DNA of 64,000 nt from the NCBI RefSeq assembly GCF_036321535.1, contig NC_087436.1, positions 82,462,001 to 82,526,000 on the forward strand. Reading direction: 5' to 3'. How positions within the stretch are numbered: position 1 is the stretch's first letter; each line of letters starts with the position of its first letter. The notes beneath the pieces are model-generated. The model was not told the DNA's origin and did no database searches. It saw only the letters and a program-made list of their open reading frames with translations. Shown in pieces: positions 51,101 to 64,000 of this stretch. Source of the stretch: Camelus dromedarius (lineage: Eukaryota). The position numbers and the translations under genes were made by a program.

Positions 51101-52206
51101 TAAGTAATTTTCTGTTAACTTTTAAAAGATACAACCCTATTCACATTTCATCATTTGCCACCCCCCTTTTTTTTAAATAAATGGTTCAGTAGCCAATCCA
51201 GGATCACTGATTGCACTTAATTTTCATGCCTCTATCTGAAAGAGTTCCTCTAACTTTATGTTTCATGACCTTATCCATTTAAAGAGTACAGACCTCTATT
51301 CTGTAAGATATCCCTTAATGTGGGTCTGTCCTGTATTTCCTCATGTGTAAACTCTGGTTATATGTTCTTGTAAGGAATACCTCAGGAATGATCACTTGTG
51401 TACTTCTCGGTGTATAACATCAGGAGGCACATAAATTTGACTTATTTCACCATCCCATCAAGTTGGTGTTTGTCCCATCAACCATTTGTCTCAGGAAGGG
51501 CAAATTGTTATTGTGAGTGCAGGGAAAGGGGGCTGTCATCAGTCTACTATGTTCTCAGAATTCTCTTTTCTCCTTTAGATGTCCTAATTTAGGGTTGTTA
51601 GGAATTTTAATCTTTAAGAATAATGAGAAGGTATTTAAGTTTTTAGGAAAAGGAGACCTGAAAAGTTTTTGTGTATGCTATGAGGTAAAGGTTGAGTTTT
51701 TTGTTTTTGCTTTTTTGTATATGCTATCCAGTTATTTCCGCTCTATACCTCGTATTTTACTTTAAAGCTTATAATTTACATGTTATCACAGTCTGACTTC
51801 AAGTAATATTACATTACTTTGTGTACTTAGGCCAAACTGTTTTTAAAAATGGATTCCTTCATATAGACTTAGTGTTCCTTTACATTTGTTTTTAATGGTT
51901 AAAGTTTTATAATAAACTTTTTTCCCCAACATTTGTGCCAATAAAAGTGAACTTCTGTCCCTTTTTCTCAACTATAATAAATTCAGTAAGTAGCTTCCAA
52001 TTAATAAGATTCAGCAATATTTTTAAAGCTTTCGTATTTAAAAATAATCTCTCACAGATGTTGGACTTTTATACTAATATGCATCAAATTTGAATTTTCT
52101 GATTTTAAGTCTTTGAAATTGAAAAGTATGTTTTGAGGCCTTTGAATTAAGTTCTTTAATTAATAGTTAATATTTATATTAAACATTTTTCTTTTTTTCC
52201 TCCCAG

Positions 52207-52446
52207 AAACTCATTTTTATCCTGTGGGTTTCATCTTAATTCCAACATCATGTCTGGTTCTAATGGTTCCAAAGAGAATTCTCACAACAAAGCTCGGACA
52301 TCTCCTTACCCAGGTTCAAAAGTTCAACGCAGCCAGGTTCCTAATGAGAAAGTAGGCTGGCTGGTTGAGTGGCAAGACTATAATCCTGTGGAATATACTG
52401 CAGTCTCTGTGTTGGCTGGACCTAGGTGGGCAGATCCTGAGATCAG
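52207..52446 (+). CDS. NUDT9: NUDT9 coding exon 2
   Basis: Polypyrimidine tract and cccag| acceptor; encodes (R)[79 protein letters not shown](S); AG|gtgag donor; 240 nt. Confidence 0.97.
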
Positions 52447-54028
52447 GTGAGCAAATTAGCCAGTGTCAGCTGGGTGTTAAGACTTTTAGAGAAGGTAATG
52501 CTTGTATTTGTAAATGACCAATTGAAAGCTGAAAATCATTTTTATCTAGTGCTTGAGTTTATTATAATTCAGTTTCTACATTTGGTTGAATTCATGTTTG
52601 TTTATTCTATTGGAGGTTTTATGATGATCCTTCCAAATAGGTAAATCTGTTTTGCTGTGGAGTTTTTTGTTTTGTGAAATGGCAAGTGGTGGTATCTGTT
52701 TTCATGTGTTCTATTTGGATTATCAGTAACACCTTTTGTGGTTCTTTTCCAACATAGCTAGACTTGTACTTGAAGTAGTGAAAATAATTTTCAGGCTTTT
52801 TTTTCAGATTACCAAATGATGATAAAATTAGACCAATGTGAAAGAATAGAAAAGGGATAGGTAAAGGAGAGAGAGAAAGAGGAAAACAAAAAACTCAAAC
52901 AAAAATGCTTTGACTAAATTCATAGAACTGCTGCTTTGATTCACATTTTATGTTTATGTTCCTTTTAATATCATGGTAGAGTTTTAAAATGTACCAACTA
53001 TGACCTAGGCACTCTATTAAATGTTTTATAAAAATTATTTTATTTTACTCTTACTACTGTTCTGATAGGCAGACAAGGTTGTTATTTCTGCTTTATAGAG
53101 AAAACACATACGAAAATGGAGGCATGGAAAGATTTACCCTTTGCTTGTGGTAACGGAGCTAGTAGATGGTATAGCTTGGACTTGAACTCAGTCTGACTCC
53201 AGAATTCATGCTCTTAACTGCTACCTAGTTTTGGAACTGTTTTATAAGTTTGATTTAGTGGGTAAACTTATTGTAAATGATAGTTCTCTTAAGGTATTAG
53301 TTAGTCAGTTAAGTAAAAAATATTGCTAATTGGGTAGATCCAGTATTAGTTCATTAGGTTGTTAAACTTTACCACGGACTTACTGCTATAACTTGATTTT
53401 TACGAACAGTTTTCTTACTTTATCCAAAGATGTGTTTGTAACTTTGTGGTAGTACTTGGATTTTATATTTCGGTAGCTACCATCCAGATCAAGAATTAGA
53501 ACATTTCCAGCATATTACATCTATTTTAATCTACATGATAGTTATTATAAAGTTTGTGGGATGAATTCACTGTTTTGTGGGTTTACTTTGATAATTTTAT
53601 CAGTGTACATTTGAAGAAATTAAAATCATTTTGAGACTGTAGAAACATCAATATATCAGAAGGAATCTTATTTTTGGAACTACATAGGAACTAGTAATTG
53701 CCACATTGTGACCATAGACAATTCCTCTTTACTAATATTAATGTAAACTTTTTTTTAGTATGTGGGAGAAACTCCAGTTTGTTTGCCATTAGTCCTTCCC
53801 AGAAGGGTTATAATATATATCCTTATATTGTAAGGTGTTTTGGTTTAACAGGTTTTTTTTCAGAAACTGTTTTGAAGAAGTAAGATGGATTTGTAATTAA
53901 AAACTAAATTTGTAACTAAAAATTTAGTTTCAAAAATACTGCTCATTGTAAATAACTGACTGCCATTATTAAGCTAGTGGTAATGTTGGATCATTATTTC
54001 TTATTTTGCATTGGTATTCTCATTACAG

Positions 54029-54124
54029 TGAAAGCAACTTTTCTCCCAAGTTTAATGAAAAGGATGGGCATATTGAGAGAAAAAGCCAGAATGGCCTGTA
54101 TGAGATTCAAAATGGAAGACCTAG
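54029..54124 (+). CDS. NUDT9: NUDT9 coding exon 3
   Basis: ttacag|T GAA AGC AAC... encodes [31 protein letters not shown](R), then |gtaggt; 96 nt. Confidence 0.96.
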
Positions 54125-54181
54125 GTAGGTACTGGGAATGGAACATCTTGCAATAATGGGTCTTCAAAAGGTAGAAGATAT

Positions 54182-54683
54182 TGTCAACAAAAATTCAATT
54201 AACAATCAAGTTAAGAAGAAAAAAGGAATTTTATTTGAGCCAAACTGAGGATTACGACCTGGGAGACAGACTCTCAGAAAGGTCTGAGAACTGTTCCACA
54301 TGGTATAAGTTGAAGACACAGTCATATACGTTTTTGAGACAAAGGATCGTGCATCAAACTGACATACTGATATTTTACATAAAGTCTGCCAAAGATACAT
54401 AGTCCAAGTACACATGTACAAAGCAAGCATCAAATCACCATGACTCCCATCAGAGTTGGGAAAGAATGCCATTCTTTTAAGAAGTTAAATTGCTAGTGTC
54501 AGAAGAAAGGAAAAAAATTGATCTTTATGGTCGAGCAGCACTCCTGTCTTTGAGGAGCTCTGGTTAATGTGTAATACAGATGCACCCTGCATGTTAGGAA
54601 GGAAGGGAGGAGGCCCAGACAGACAGAGAATTTTATGTTTAAATTTTCTTGTCCTGCCTTAAAATATAAATTTTATTTCATCA
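54182..54683 (-). mobile_element. ERV1 solo LTR in NUDT9 intron 3
   Basis: Minus strand TGATGAAAT...TTGACA; 4-bp TSD ATAT at 54178 and 54684. Confidence 0.85.
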
Positions 54684-54900
54684 ATATAATTAACATTTAT
54701 TGAGTGCTTGTATGTGCCATTGTACAAAAGAATTTATATACGTGCTCTAATTAAATCATCACGATAACCCTGTGGATAGATAGTTTTAGTTCTATTTCCA
54801 GATAAGGAGGGAAAATGTAAGCACTTTGCATACAGTAAGTGGTGGAAGCAGGATTTAAATGCATCTTCTTGTAACTTCACCTTGAAGGCAGAAATAATTA

Positions 54901-55015
54901 CAGTTGACCCTTGAACAACACTGGCTTAAACTGTGTGGACCCAGCAGAGGAACAGAGTGTTCAGAGGACCGACTGACCATAAGTTTATATGGGAATGCTG
55001 TTCAAGGGTCAGCTG
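54901..55015. mobile_element. Tigger2-type MITE
   Basis: TIRs CAGTTGACCCTTGAACAAC / GCTGTTCAAGGGTCAGCTG with TA on both sides. Confidence 0.85.
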
Positions 55016-56978
55016 TAATTGAATAAATTAACAGAGAAAGGATTGAAAATTGTATTTCAGTAGTTATTTATAAAATGAGATAATACTTTAGAGTAAGAAT
55101 TTATCCAAATACGTAAGAGTGAAAATTAAAATAACCCAACAATTTAATATCAAGTTTCTTGTTGTATTTTTAAAAATGATTTTTCTACACAATGCCAAAA
55201 TTTTCCATTTTACTTAAGAAGACATTATAAAAGTTAGGAAGAAATGTAAAAATTAGCATGTCTAAAATAAAACAAAAAAAAGGATCGCAGATTTGTAATC
55301 ATGCTTATCACCTTGTAAAAATGCAGCAATTTATATTCTTAGTCCCTCTAGGGTGAGGAAATAATAGTATTCCTCTCACCCCAATCTGGACTTTCAGTTT
55401 TGCTAAATTCTGTGTTCGTAACTTACTCACCTTTCTGTGTTATTGAATCTTTTCAAATCAAGCTCTCCTTGCATTTGACTCATTCCGTAGATTCTTTTCT
55501 GGGTGAAATATATTAAAAGATACATACATATATAAAAAGATAAAGGCAGGGTAGCCTGTTGTTTCAGTCAAGACTCTGACCAATGGAAACCAACTCAGGC
55601 TTGCCTGAGCAAAGAGTGAACTTTACTCTGGGGCTGCGGGATCTTCTCAAAGAGCCCAAAGCAGATGTGCAGGTAACTTTAGGAAAGAGTGGAATTGAAA
55701 ATCCATCAGGACCATCTCTTTGGCTCATGCCTGCTTTTCCTTACGTGCTGCCTTTGTTTTTCTTTTTCTGTGAACAGTTTTCTCTGCTTCTCAGGCTATA
55801 GGATAGTCTGTATGTCTTTTCTGCAGCTTCCAGTTTATAAGTTATAGGCTTGGTCATCTAAAAAAAACATTCTCTCTCTTAATACTGGCTTTGATCATTT
55901 GTGTTTGGGGGTCTATGGTTACATGGGATAAAACATAGTTGCTGGCCACCCTGCCTCTCCTCCTGAATTTGAAAGGTAGAATTATCGTCACCTGGCCAGG
56001 TGTCTTGTCTTTCTGTCTTTATTTGCAAATCTTGCTGGAATATTTCTAAGTCTAGAACGAAACAGTATAAAAATTCATTTGACTTTAATAAGTTACAGAG
56101 AAGACTAGAATAAATAGAGATAGCTGAAAGGGAAAATTTGACAAGTTATTTATTTCACATAGTGGGAGGACAAAAGATATAATATTAAATAGATAAGATT
56201 GCAGATTAGGGCATTTTACTGGTACATAGTGAAAGGTGAACATTCAAGGGGTATTGACTGGAAGAAAATACTTAGGCATGACTGTTGTTTTGTTTATCTG
56301 ACAGATGTTTTAATGTTGGGTTGTGGCATTAGGTAAAATAATTTGTTGACATTTTTACATAATTGTTTTCTTTAAAAATTGAATTTTGGTATATTTCAAA
56401 TCTTGAAATATTGGATACTTCTACCTCACTGTATGCTACAAAATATTTATTATTGATAATAAAAATCTAGAACCTGCTGAGAAAAAATGGGCTTTAAAAT
56501 GTAACAAAAACCATTTGGATGGGACAGGTTGAAGGAGAGTGGAGCAGGAAGTGAAGGTGATGAGAAAGTGAAGACAAGTGTGGGTATCCTGAGTAATTAA
56601 GCACTACTGTTGTAGAGATAGATGATGATTAGGTGCAGAACATTTTATCCTCCAGAGTTAAGAGTCCAGTAAAGTTCTAGTTTGAATTTTGAAGTGTAGG
56701 TGAAAACTGAAGCCAATTCTTACATTGTAGAACAACTTTCGAAGTGAGATTCCCCCCTCCTGGATCAAGCCCAAAGCTTAAGGGATGCACAAAGGAAAAG
56801 TTAAATAACACTATAAGGAAATATGTACTTTCAGTGCCAGATGTGTGATAGTGCTACTGGATTTTTGTGGAGATACTGTTTCCCTCTTACTGCTCTTACT
56901 GCCTTGTTTTGGGCCATATCAGATTGGGTTAAAAAAGATGAACACATTTAATTGATTTTATGTTTTTTCCCTCCCCAG

Positions 56979-57065
56979 AAACCCTGCAGGACGGACAGGA
57001 CTGATTGGCCGTGGGCTTTTGGGGCGATGGGGCCCCAATCATGCTGCAGATCCAATTATAACCAG
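56979..57065 (+). CDS. NUDT9: NUDT9 coding exon 4
   Basis: ccccag|A AAC CCT GCA... encodes [28 protein letters not shown](R), then |gtaag; 87 nt. Confidence 0.97.
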
Positions 57066-57137
57066 GTAAGAACTAAAAACATTTCCATAGCAAAGAGCTA
57101 AGTGAAAAAATACAGGCTGTAGCCCAGTTTTTACGTC

Positions 57138-57143
<6 letters not shown>

Positions 57144-57186
<43 letters not shown>
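57144..57186. repeat. (AC)~21 microsatellite
   Basis: Direct reading; ~80 bp downstream of NUDT9 exon 4. Confidence 0.97.
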
Positions 57187-57189
<3 letters not shown>

Positions 57190-57220
57190 GTGTATGTATG
57201 TATATATGTGTTTGTATATA

Positions 57221-57359
57221 CAGTCATCCCTTGGTATCCTGCAGGACTGATTTCAGGACAACCCCCTTTGCCCCAAGTAGATACCAAAATACAGATGCTC
57301 AAGTCCCTCGGCCCTCCTTATCTATGGATTCCACGTCTGCAGATACAGAGAGCTGACTG
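57221..57359. mobile_element. MER2-type TcMar-Tigger MITE
   Basis: TIRs CAGTCATCCCTTGGTATCC / AGATACAGAGAGCTGACTG with TA flanks. Confidence 0.78.
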
Positions 57360-60300
57360 TATGTGCGTGTATATATGTGTGTGTATATATAATTATGCAC
57401 TCATGCACATACGAAACCTTTATTTTAAAGGAATTTTATGTAAAATTATAATGATAATGATGTAAGTGTAAAACTATAGTTTTATGTTGTATAAGTTAGG
57501 CATTATCTAAATTCACTAAATACTTATTAAGGATCTGTTTGTTCTCAAAATTGAGTAAGTGCTTTGGTGCATATGAAAAAGTATAACAATCCTAAGTTTC
57601 AGCTCCTTGTCATTGAGGAACTGTGGTTTCATTTAAAAGATGGAAAATGTGAAATAAGAAAACGTGTCAAAGTAATATGGCTGACACAGGATGCCTCAGA
57701 GAATTAGAAGATTGGATTAGGACATAATGATGGTAAACTGGAGTACCCAAGAAACGCATTTTGAAGGAGGTAGACTGGAGCTTGGATAGGGGGACAGGAG
57801 GAGGCCTCGGAACAAGGCTGGTAGTAATATCTGTTTGAGTATTGAGGGATAGTGAAAAGACCAGCTTGGTTGAAACAGGAGATTCTTGTAAGAGAATAGT
57901 GGATGATAAATTAAACTTAAAATTAATTTTTATACAGTTTATTGTGGAGAATATTAAATGCCAGAGTTAAAGGCTATGAAGTGTAGCCATTGAAGTTTCC
58001 AGAACAGGGGAAAGGCATTCTCTTCTGAGGCAGATCTGTCTGGTAAGCCAAATCATATTCAGAAGGTTTCTTGGTCAGCATGAATCATAATAAAGGAGGT
58101 AGGTGAATCCATGTTTACATGGATTTAGCCATCTCCATCTTAATCATATTCCCAACACATTTGGAATATTCCATCATCTCTGTCATCCTTTTATTTATTT
58201 TTTATTTTTAGGGTTTTTTTTCACTGACCACCTACCTTCTCACATGTAATTGCCATTTTTCTTCTTTAAATAATGCATATACCCTCAATAGTCTTACTTT
58301 TTTAGTTTTGATATTTTGAGGGCCTTCCTTTCTTCCAGGAGACTTTGTTTTTCTCTAATCTGGGATATAATAATGATTTCATAGTTTAAATCTAGGAAAA
58401 GCAGCTTGTTGTCAAGTTACTGGAAGAGGCACCAATACTCTCCTCATTGTGTTCTTTTTCCCTTTCATTTCTCCTGCCAAAAGGGATCTTTACGCCACAC
58501 CCCGCCCCAGTTTTATCTTCCCTCCATCCATTCATTCTTCCTTCCACCCACCTACCCACACATTTACCTGCCTACCTACCTACCTGCCAACCTGCTTCTA
58601 CCCATCTAGAATTCCTTCAGAAACTTTGTGGTTTAAATGAGATGAAAAGAGTTAATATATTCTTATTAATGAATGTAATTAAAATAGTATAAGTAAATAT
58701 TAATGATAGATTCAGTTTCTTTCCAGTTTTGGTGAGGCTGTCTAAAAACAGGAAGGTATGAAACAGTTGAAGCAGGAATGCTAGGAACAAGAAGCAGAAA
58801 AGGGAGGCCAGAGACTTGAAAGTTAGCCTCTAATTAGCTTGTCTTTATCAGTGGTGGATCAAATAGCAGCTGGGAGTAAACATGGTGATTGTATGTCAAG
58901 TTGTTTTGAAATGGTAGACTTTTTACCTTAATTTTGTTATTATACAAATGAGAGAACTGAAGGCTTAGAGATGGTCTAAGGCTATGAAAGTGGCAGAGTC
59001 TAGCTTTCCGCTATACTCTCAGGTTGATGTTCTTTGCTATCTCAGTAATACGTATGTTAACTGATGAGTCCTGCAAATACATGAGTGGCAGTAGAAAGGA
59101 AAGGAAGAGAAGAATGAAGGATGTTGAAGAATCAACAAGATTAGATGAACTGTTAAAAATATGGCTTTACCCCAGAAACTCTGCTAGGTGCTATGAATAG
59201 TTTTTATATTTGTTTCTCATAAAAACTCCTCAGAGTAGGTATTAACATGTCTATTTTATAGATTTGAAAATGGAAACTTACTGAGGTTAATTGATTTGCC
59301 TAGATCTTGTAGATCTGAAATATGAATCAGGGCTATTGTGTGTGCTTTTTTATACCAGTATTTCACTACTGAGTAATCATAAAAATCACACAGGCACTGT
59401 TTAAGCAAGGGTTTTATCCCCTTTTCTTTCAAGTACTTCATAATGCAAAATAGCTTTGTACAGTGCAGAATTTCACAGACTTTCTAGTTCAGAATCTCCA
59501 GGGACAATGTTAAATTTTTAGATTCCCAGGTACCTCTCCTAGAGATTTCCCATTTACAATGGGAAGTTACCTCAAGTTCCTTTAAGTCCTTTAAAGTCAG
59601 AATGAGATGGAAAGTGTTAATATATTATTGTGAATAAACTCAGGTCAAAAGATAATGGCAATATCATTTTCTTTCCAGTTTTGGTTAAAGATGGGAGGGT
59701 ATGGACCATCAGAAATGGGGTAGGAATACCGGTAGTACATAGGAGTATCATTAATATTTAGTAAATGTTAATGAGGTTTACTAATGAAAATGATACATTA
59801 TTTCTGTTATATCAAGAAATTTTGTTTTAAATTTGGTGGTAATGCATTTGATACTGATAAAATTTTAACATGAAGCTGCTCTGCTTTAAAATCTTTAAAT
59901 GAATCCCTTCAGGATAACATCTGAGACTGTAAACATAATACCCAAGCTGTTCATCATCTGTCTGGTCATGCCATCTTGCCCAGCAGCATGTCTCTCTATT
60001 TTGCTTCTCTTCTTAGGCTGGCTGGCTGAACAGCAGGGGCTCTGTGTTTTTGTTTTCCCATCTCCTTGCATATGAGGTATGGTAGGTGCCAGTAAATATC
60101 TGTGAGTGAACAGAACCATCATTTGCCGCCTTACCCCTCCTCTTACATACTTAGTATAAGCATTCTGTTTGTTTGATTTAAGTGAAATAGTATGGTGACT
60201 TAGAGCGCAGATTCTGGAACTGGATTGCCTGGCTTCAAATGTTGATTTATACAACTTTTTTGCTCTGCAACCTTTGGCAAGTTAGCTACTTCTTTGTGTC

Positions 60301-60443
60301 TCATTTTCCACATCTGTAAAATAAAGACAATAATACAGCTACTTTATAGGGTGGTTTTGAGGCTTAAGTGGGTAAATACATTAAAGCACAACAATATTAG
60401 GTCCATAATGAGTGCTATATAAATGACTTTTAAAAAATAAAAG

Positions 60444-60670
60444 TGGGGGAGGGGTAAATTAGGAGTTTGCGATCAACATATACATACTACTATATATAAA
60501 AGAGATAACCAAGGAGGACCTACTGTATAGCACAGGGAACTATACTCAATATCTTGTAATAACCTATAATGGAAAGGAATCTGAAGAAGAATATATATAT
60601 AAAAATAATCATTTTGCTGTACAACTGAAACTAACACAACATTGTAAAACAAGTATACGTCAATAAAAAA
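60444..60670 (+). mobile_element. Short L1 3' end
   Basis: gggagggg...ctactgtatagcacagggaactatactcaatatc...caataaaaaa. Confidence 0.82.
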
Positions 60671-62099
60671 AGAGATTAGATGTCAGTGTTCTTACTATTT
60701 TGACACAAAAAATTTTTTTTTAAAGTAGAGGTAAAATCTGTCCTCTCTCCATTCTTACTGTCTCTGCCTTCAGTCCTGCTGTCCTCATCGTCTTGTACCT
60801 GGATCATGGTAACAGTCTCCTAGCTGGTTTTCTTGCCTCCAGTCTTGCTTCCCTCCACACCAACTTCAAGACTTTTGTCAGAGTGAGAGAGCGTCCTAAA
60901 ATACAAATTATTTATGGCTTTACCCTGCTTAAAATTATTCTCTGGCTCTCTAAGCAGATGAATTTGGTGAATTCTTTGCTTACTTCTCCAGCCTCATCTT
61001 TCATCTTTCCCTTACTGGTGCTTATATTGCCGCACCCCAATGTACTTTTAGTTTCTTGAACACATTATTTTATTTTATAACTGTTTCCTCTCTCTGGCAT
61101 TCTTAAAAACAGATGTTGTCTTCTTATACTAATTATTCTTTCATTTCTACTTACTGTATTTATCAAACTGTCACTCTGTTTTGCAGTTTATTCATTTACA
61201 TGTCTAGCTCCACTGTAGACTCTGAGCTCTTTTGGGGGAGTTATGGGTCAGACATAGTCTTCAGCCACAATATAAAGAAATTTGGACACTCATTTCTGAG
61301 CTAGTATATTTTATTGAGTCTCATGCAGAGTAATGATTCGATCATAGGCTTTCTTATTTGGTTTAGTGTTAGAAGTTCAAAATCTTTATCTTTGCCTGAG
61401 GGCCTATTAGAATTATTTGTAAAATTGGGCAGGAGGAGGCAGATGTGGTGGGTGTGTAGGGAAGAAGGGGAGATTTAGCAACATCTTTGGGAAGGAGGCT
61501 GTGGTTAGAAAAGGCACATTGTGAAATTAACATTACATTGATGCTTTTAAAAATACGCAATTCAATTTGAAATGTAAAATTAAAGGATAGAGTAAAATTT
61601 CTTTTATCAAAAGAGGGGATAAAGATTGAGAAGCACTCCTTTTGAGACCAAATGAACCTGTATTATATAATCTGCTTTTCTGAAAACATAGGATGAACTG
61701 TTAAAAGCAAATATTACAGATCTTTTTCTCTGCTTATAATGCTTAAAAAGGATCCTTGGATTAAAAAAAAAACTTTTATGACCTTTCTTTTAAGTTCTGT
61801 TCTGCTTTAAAATTTTTCAATAGTACTTTAAGTAGTAAAAATTATTTATATCTTGAATTTTTATATGGAGACTATAAAATACTTTATGAAAAGTGGACAT
61901 TTGTCTTGGTTTGTAACAGTGACAAATAAAGAATATTTTTAATACAAAACAATTTTTAAAAATAAAACTAGCTGATTTGTGGTAAATATATGTATGCTCT
62001 GTTATTAAAAAAATGCATCTTTGTAATTTTGTCTCAAGCTTGAGATAGATCCTTGGTCTTTGTTCTAAATCAGTTATGATCTTACGTTACTATTTATAG

Positions 62100-62211
62100 G
62101 TGGAAAAGGGATAGAAGTGGAAATAAAATCACCAATCCTATTTCTGGGAAAAACATCTTACAGTTTGTTGCAATAAAAAGGAAAGACTGTGGAGAATGGG
62201 CACTCCCAGGG
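62100..62211 (+). CDS. NUDT9: NUDT9 coding exon 5
   Basis: ttatag|G TGG AAA AGG... encodes [37 protein letters not shown], then |gtaagc; 112 nt; ends just before the Nudix box. Confidence 0.96.
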
Positions 62212-62392
62212 GTAAGCATTAAAGTTAAGTCAAATTATGTTTTAAGTTCTTTTTAATTGTTTTTCTTACTATAATGTTACTGTTTATGGATCTTTTCTAC
62301 TCCATTTATTCTCCATTCCTCCCTACTTCAGTTAGTAATTCTTTTGTCATTCATCACTGCAATGAAGTGTCACTGTCAATGACAAATGTAGG

Positions 62393-63570
62393 CTTTTGCA
62401 GAGTAAAGGAAACCATAAACAAAACAAAAAGACAACCTACAGGCTGGGAGGAAATATTTGCAAATGATGCAGCTGACAAGGGCTTAACTTCCAGAATATA
62501 CAAACAGCTCATACAACACAATAACAAAAAAATAAACAACCTAATCAAAAAATGGGCAGAAGACCTAAACAGACATTTCTCCAGTGAAGACATACAGATG
62601 GCCAATAGGCACATGAAAAGATGCTCAAGATCACTAATTATCAGAGAAATGCAAATCACAACTACAATGAGGTATCGCCTCACACCGATCAGAATGGCCA
62701 TAATTAAAAAGTCCACAGTTGATAAATGCTGGAGGTGGTGTGGAGAAAAGGGAACCCTCCTACACTATTGGTGTTAATGTAGTTTGTTGTAGCCATTATG
62801 GAAAATAGTATGCAGACCTTTTGAAAAACTGAAAGCGGAATTAACCATATGATCCAGCAATCTCACTCCTGGGCACGTGTCTGGAGGAAACTCCAATTCG
62901 AACAGATATGTGCACCCCAGTGTTCATAGCAGCACTATTTACAATAGCCAAGACATGGAAGCAACCTAAATGTCCGCTGACAGATGACTGCATAAAGAAG
63001 TTGTGAGATATATATATAGAGAGAGATCTATATATGTATTTCTTTCTCTCTCTCTCTCTCTATATATATATAATATATGATGGAATATATTACTCAACCA
63101 TAGAAAAGAATGAAATAATGCCAGTTGCAGCAACATGGATGGACCTAGAGATTATCCTACTAAGTGAAGTAAGTCAGAGAAAGAATATCATATGGCATCA
63201 CTTATATGTGGAATCTAAAAAAAAAAATAATAATACAAATGAACTTACTTACAAAACACAGAGACTCAGACAGAGAAAACAAATTTATGGTTACCAAAGG
63301 GGAAACAGGAGAGGGAGAAATTGGGAGTTTGGGATTAGCAGATACAAACTACTATATATAGGATAGATAAACAAGGTCCTATTGAATATAGAACAGGGAA
63401 CTAAATTCAGTAATTTGTAACAACCTATATTGAAAAAGAATATGTATAATATATATAGCTGAATCACTATACTGTACACCAGAGACTAACACAACATTGT
63501 AAATCAATCATACTCAATAAAAAGGAGGAAAAAAAGGAAAAAAAGTTCTTGCATTTGGGAAAAAAACAAA
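62393..63570 (+). mobile_element. 5'-truncated L1, sense orientation in NUDT9 intron 5
   Basis: ORF2 C-terminal frame ([20 protein letters not shown]...), 3' UTR and A-rich tail; TSD acaaatgtagg at 62382 and 63571. Confidence 0.93.
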
Positions 63571-64000
63571 ACAAATGTAGGATAATACAACAAAGCTGTT
63601 AGAATCTGAGTCTAATTCTAAAACCCTTGGGAAAGAACATGGACTTTGGAGTTAGACCTACGCTTGTGTTCTGGCCTTTCTACTTTGAGCTGAGTGATAT
63701 GGAGTTCAGTCCTTCACTTTAAAGATAATCATATCTATTTCATAGGATTATTAGAGGGAGTGCACAAAGCACCTGGTGTATTAGATATTTATTAATGTTG
63801 GGTCCTGTCTCAGAACCCAACCCCTATTCCAAGCCCAAGAAAAGATTTTTAGTATTTTTTGGTTGAATTCTGATAACTTTAGACATAATAAAAAGATAAC
63901 TTTTATTACTTACTATTTCTTATAGTTTTTAAATTTCCATAATGTCAGGAAGAATATGCTTTTATTGAGTCCATGTCAATAGTATATTTCAAGTGGCTGT

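Noticed and set aside
62274..62777. 167-aa ORF as a gene or NUDT9 exon
   Set aside because: It is intron sequence fused to an L1 ORF2 C-terminal fragment.
63005..63080. (AT)n(GA)n...(TC)n(TA)n hairpin
   Set aside because: Low-complexity microsatellite expansion at a common site in L1.
1..64000. CRISPR arrays, operons or prokaryotic-type defence systems
   Set aside because: The sequence is mammalian intron/intergenic DNA; no repeat-spacer arrays or dense ORF clusters.

Overview
Mammalian genomic DNA, probably camelid, inferred from tRNA-Ala-derived Vic-1-type SINEs and the L1 3' ends. Two genes lie head-to-head. HSD17B11 is on the minus strand (coding exon 1 at 8037-7828, exon 2 at 1833-1726; the rest lies beyond the left edge). 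NUDT9 is on the plus strand (coding exons 1-5 at 43847-62211; the Nudix-box exons lie beyond the right edge). The ~36 kb intergenic interval is dense in retroelements. It holds a ~7.7 kb two-LTR ERV1 provirus with decayed gag, integrase tail and env but no recognisable RT; a second LTR has inserted exactly into its 5' LTR TATA box. It also holds a full-length MaLR with three nested LTR insertions, an ERVL pol remnant, and many solo LTRs with readable target-site duplications (TSDs), plus L1s, SINEs and DNA-transposon MITEs. I see no convincing novel protein-coding system. The best leads are regulatory or evolutionary: the nested LTRs, a MER41-like LTR with a GAS motif, an inverted LTR pair around the NUDT9 5' end, a Helitron-like hairpin and an unexplained hairpin insert. 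Repeat family names come from recalled consensus sequences, not from a database search.
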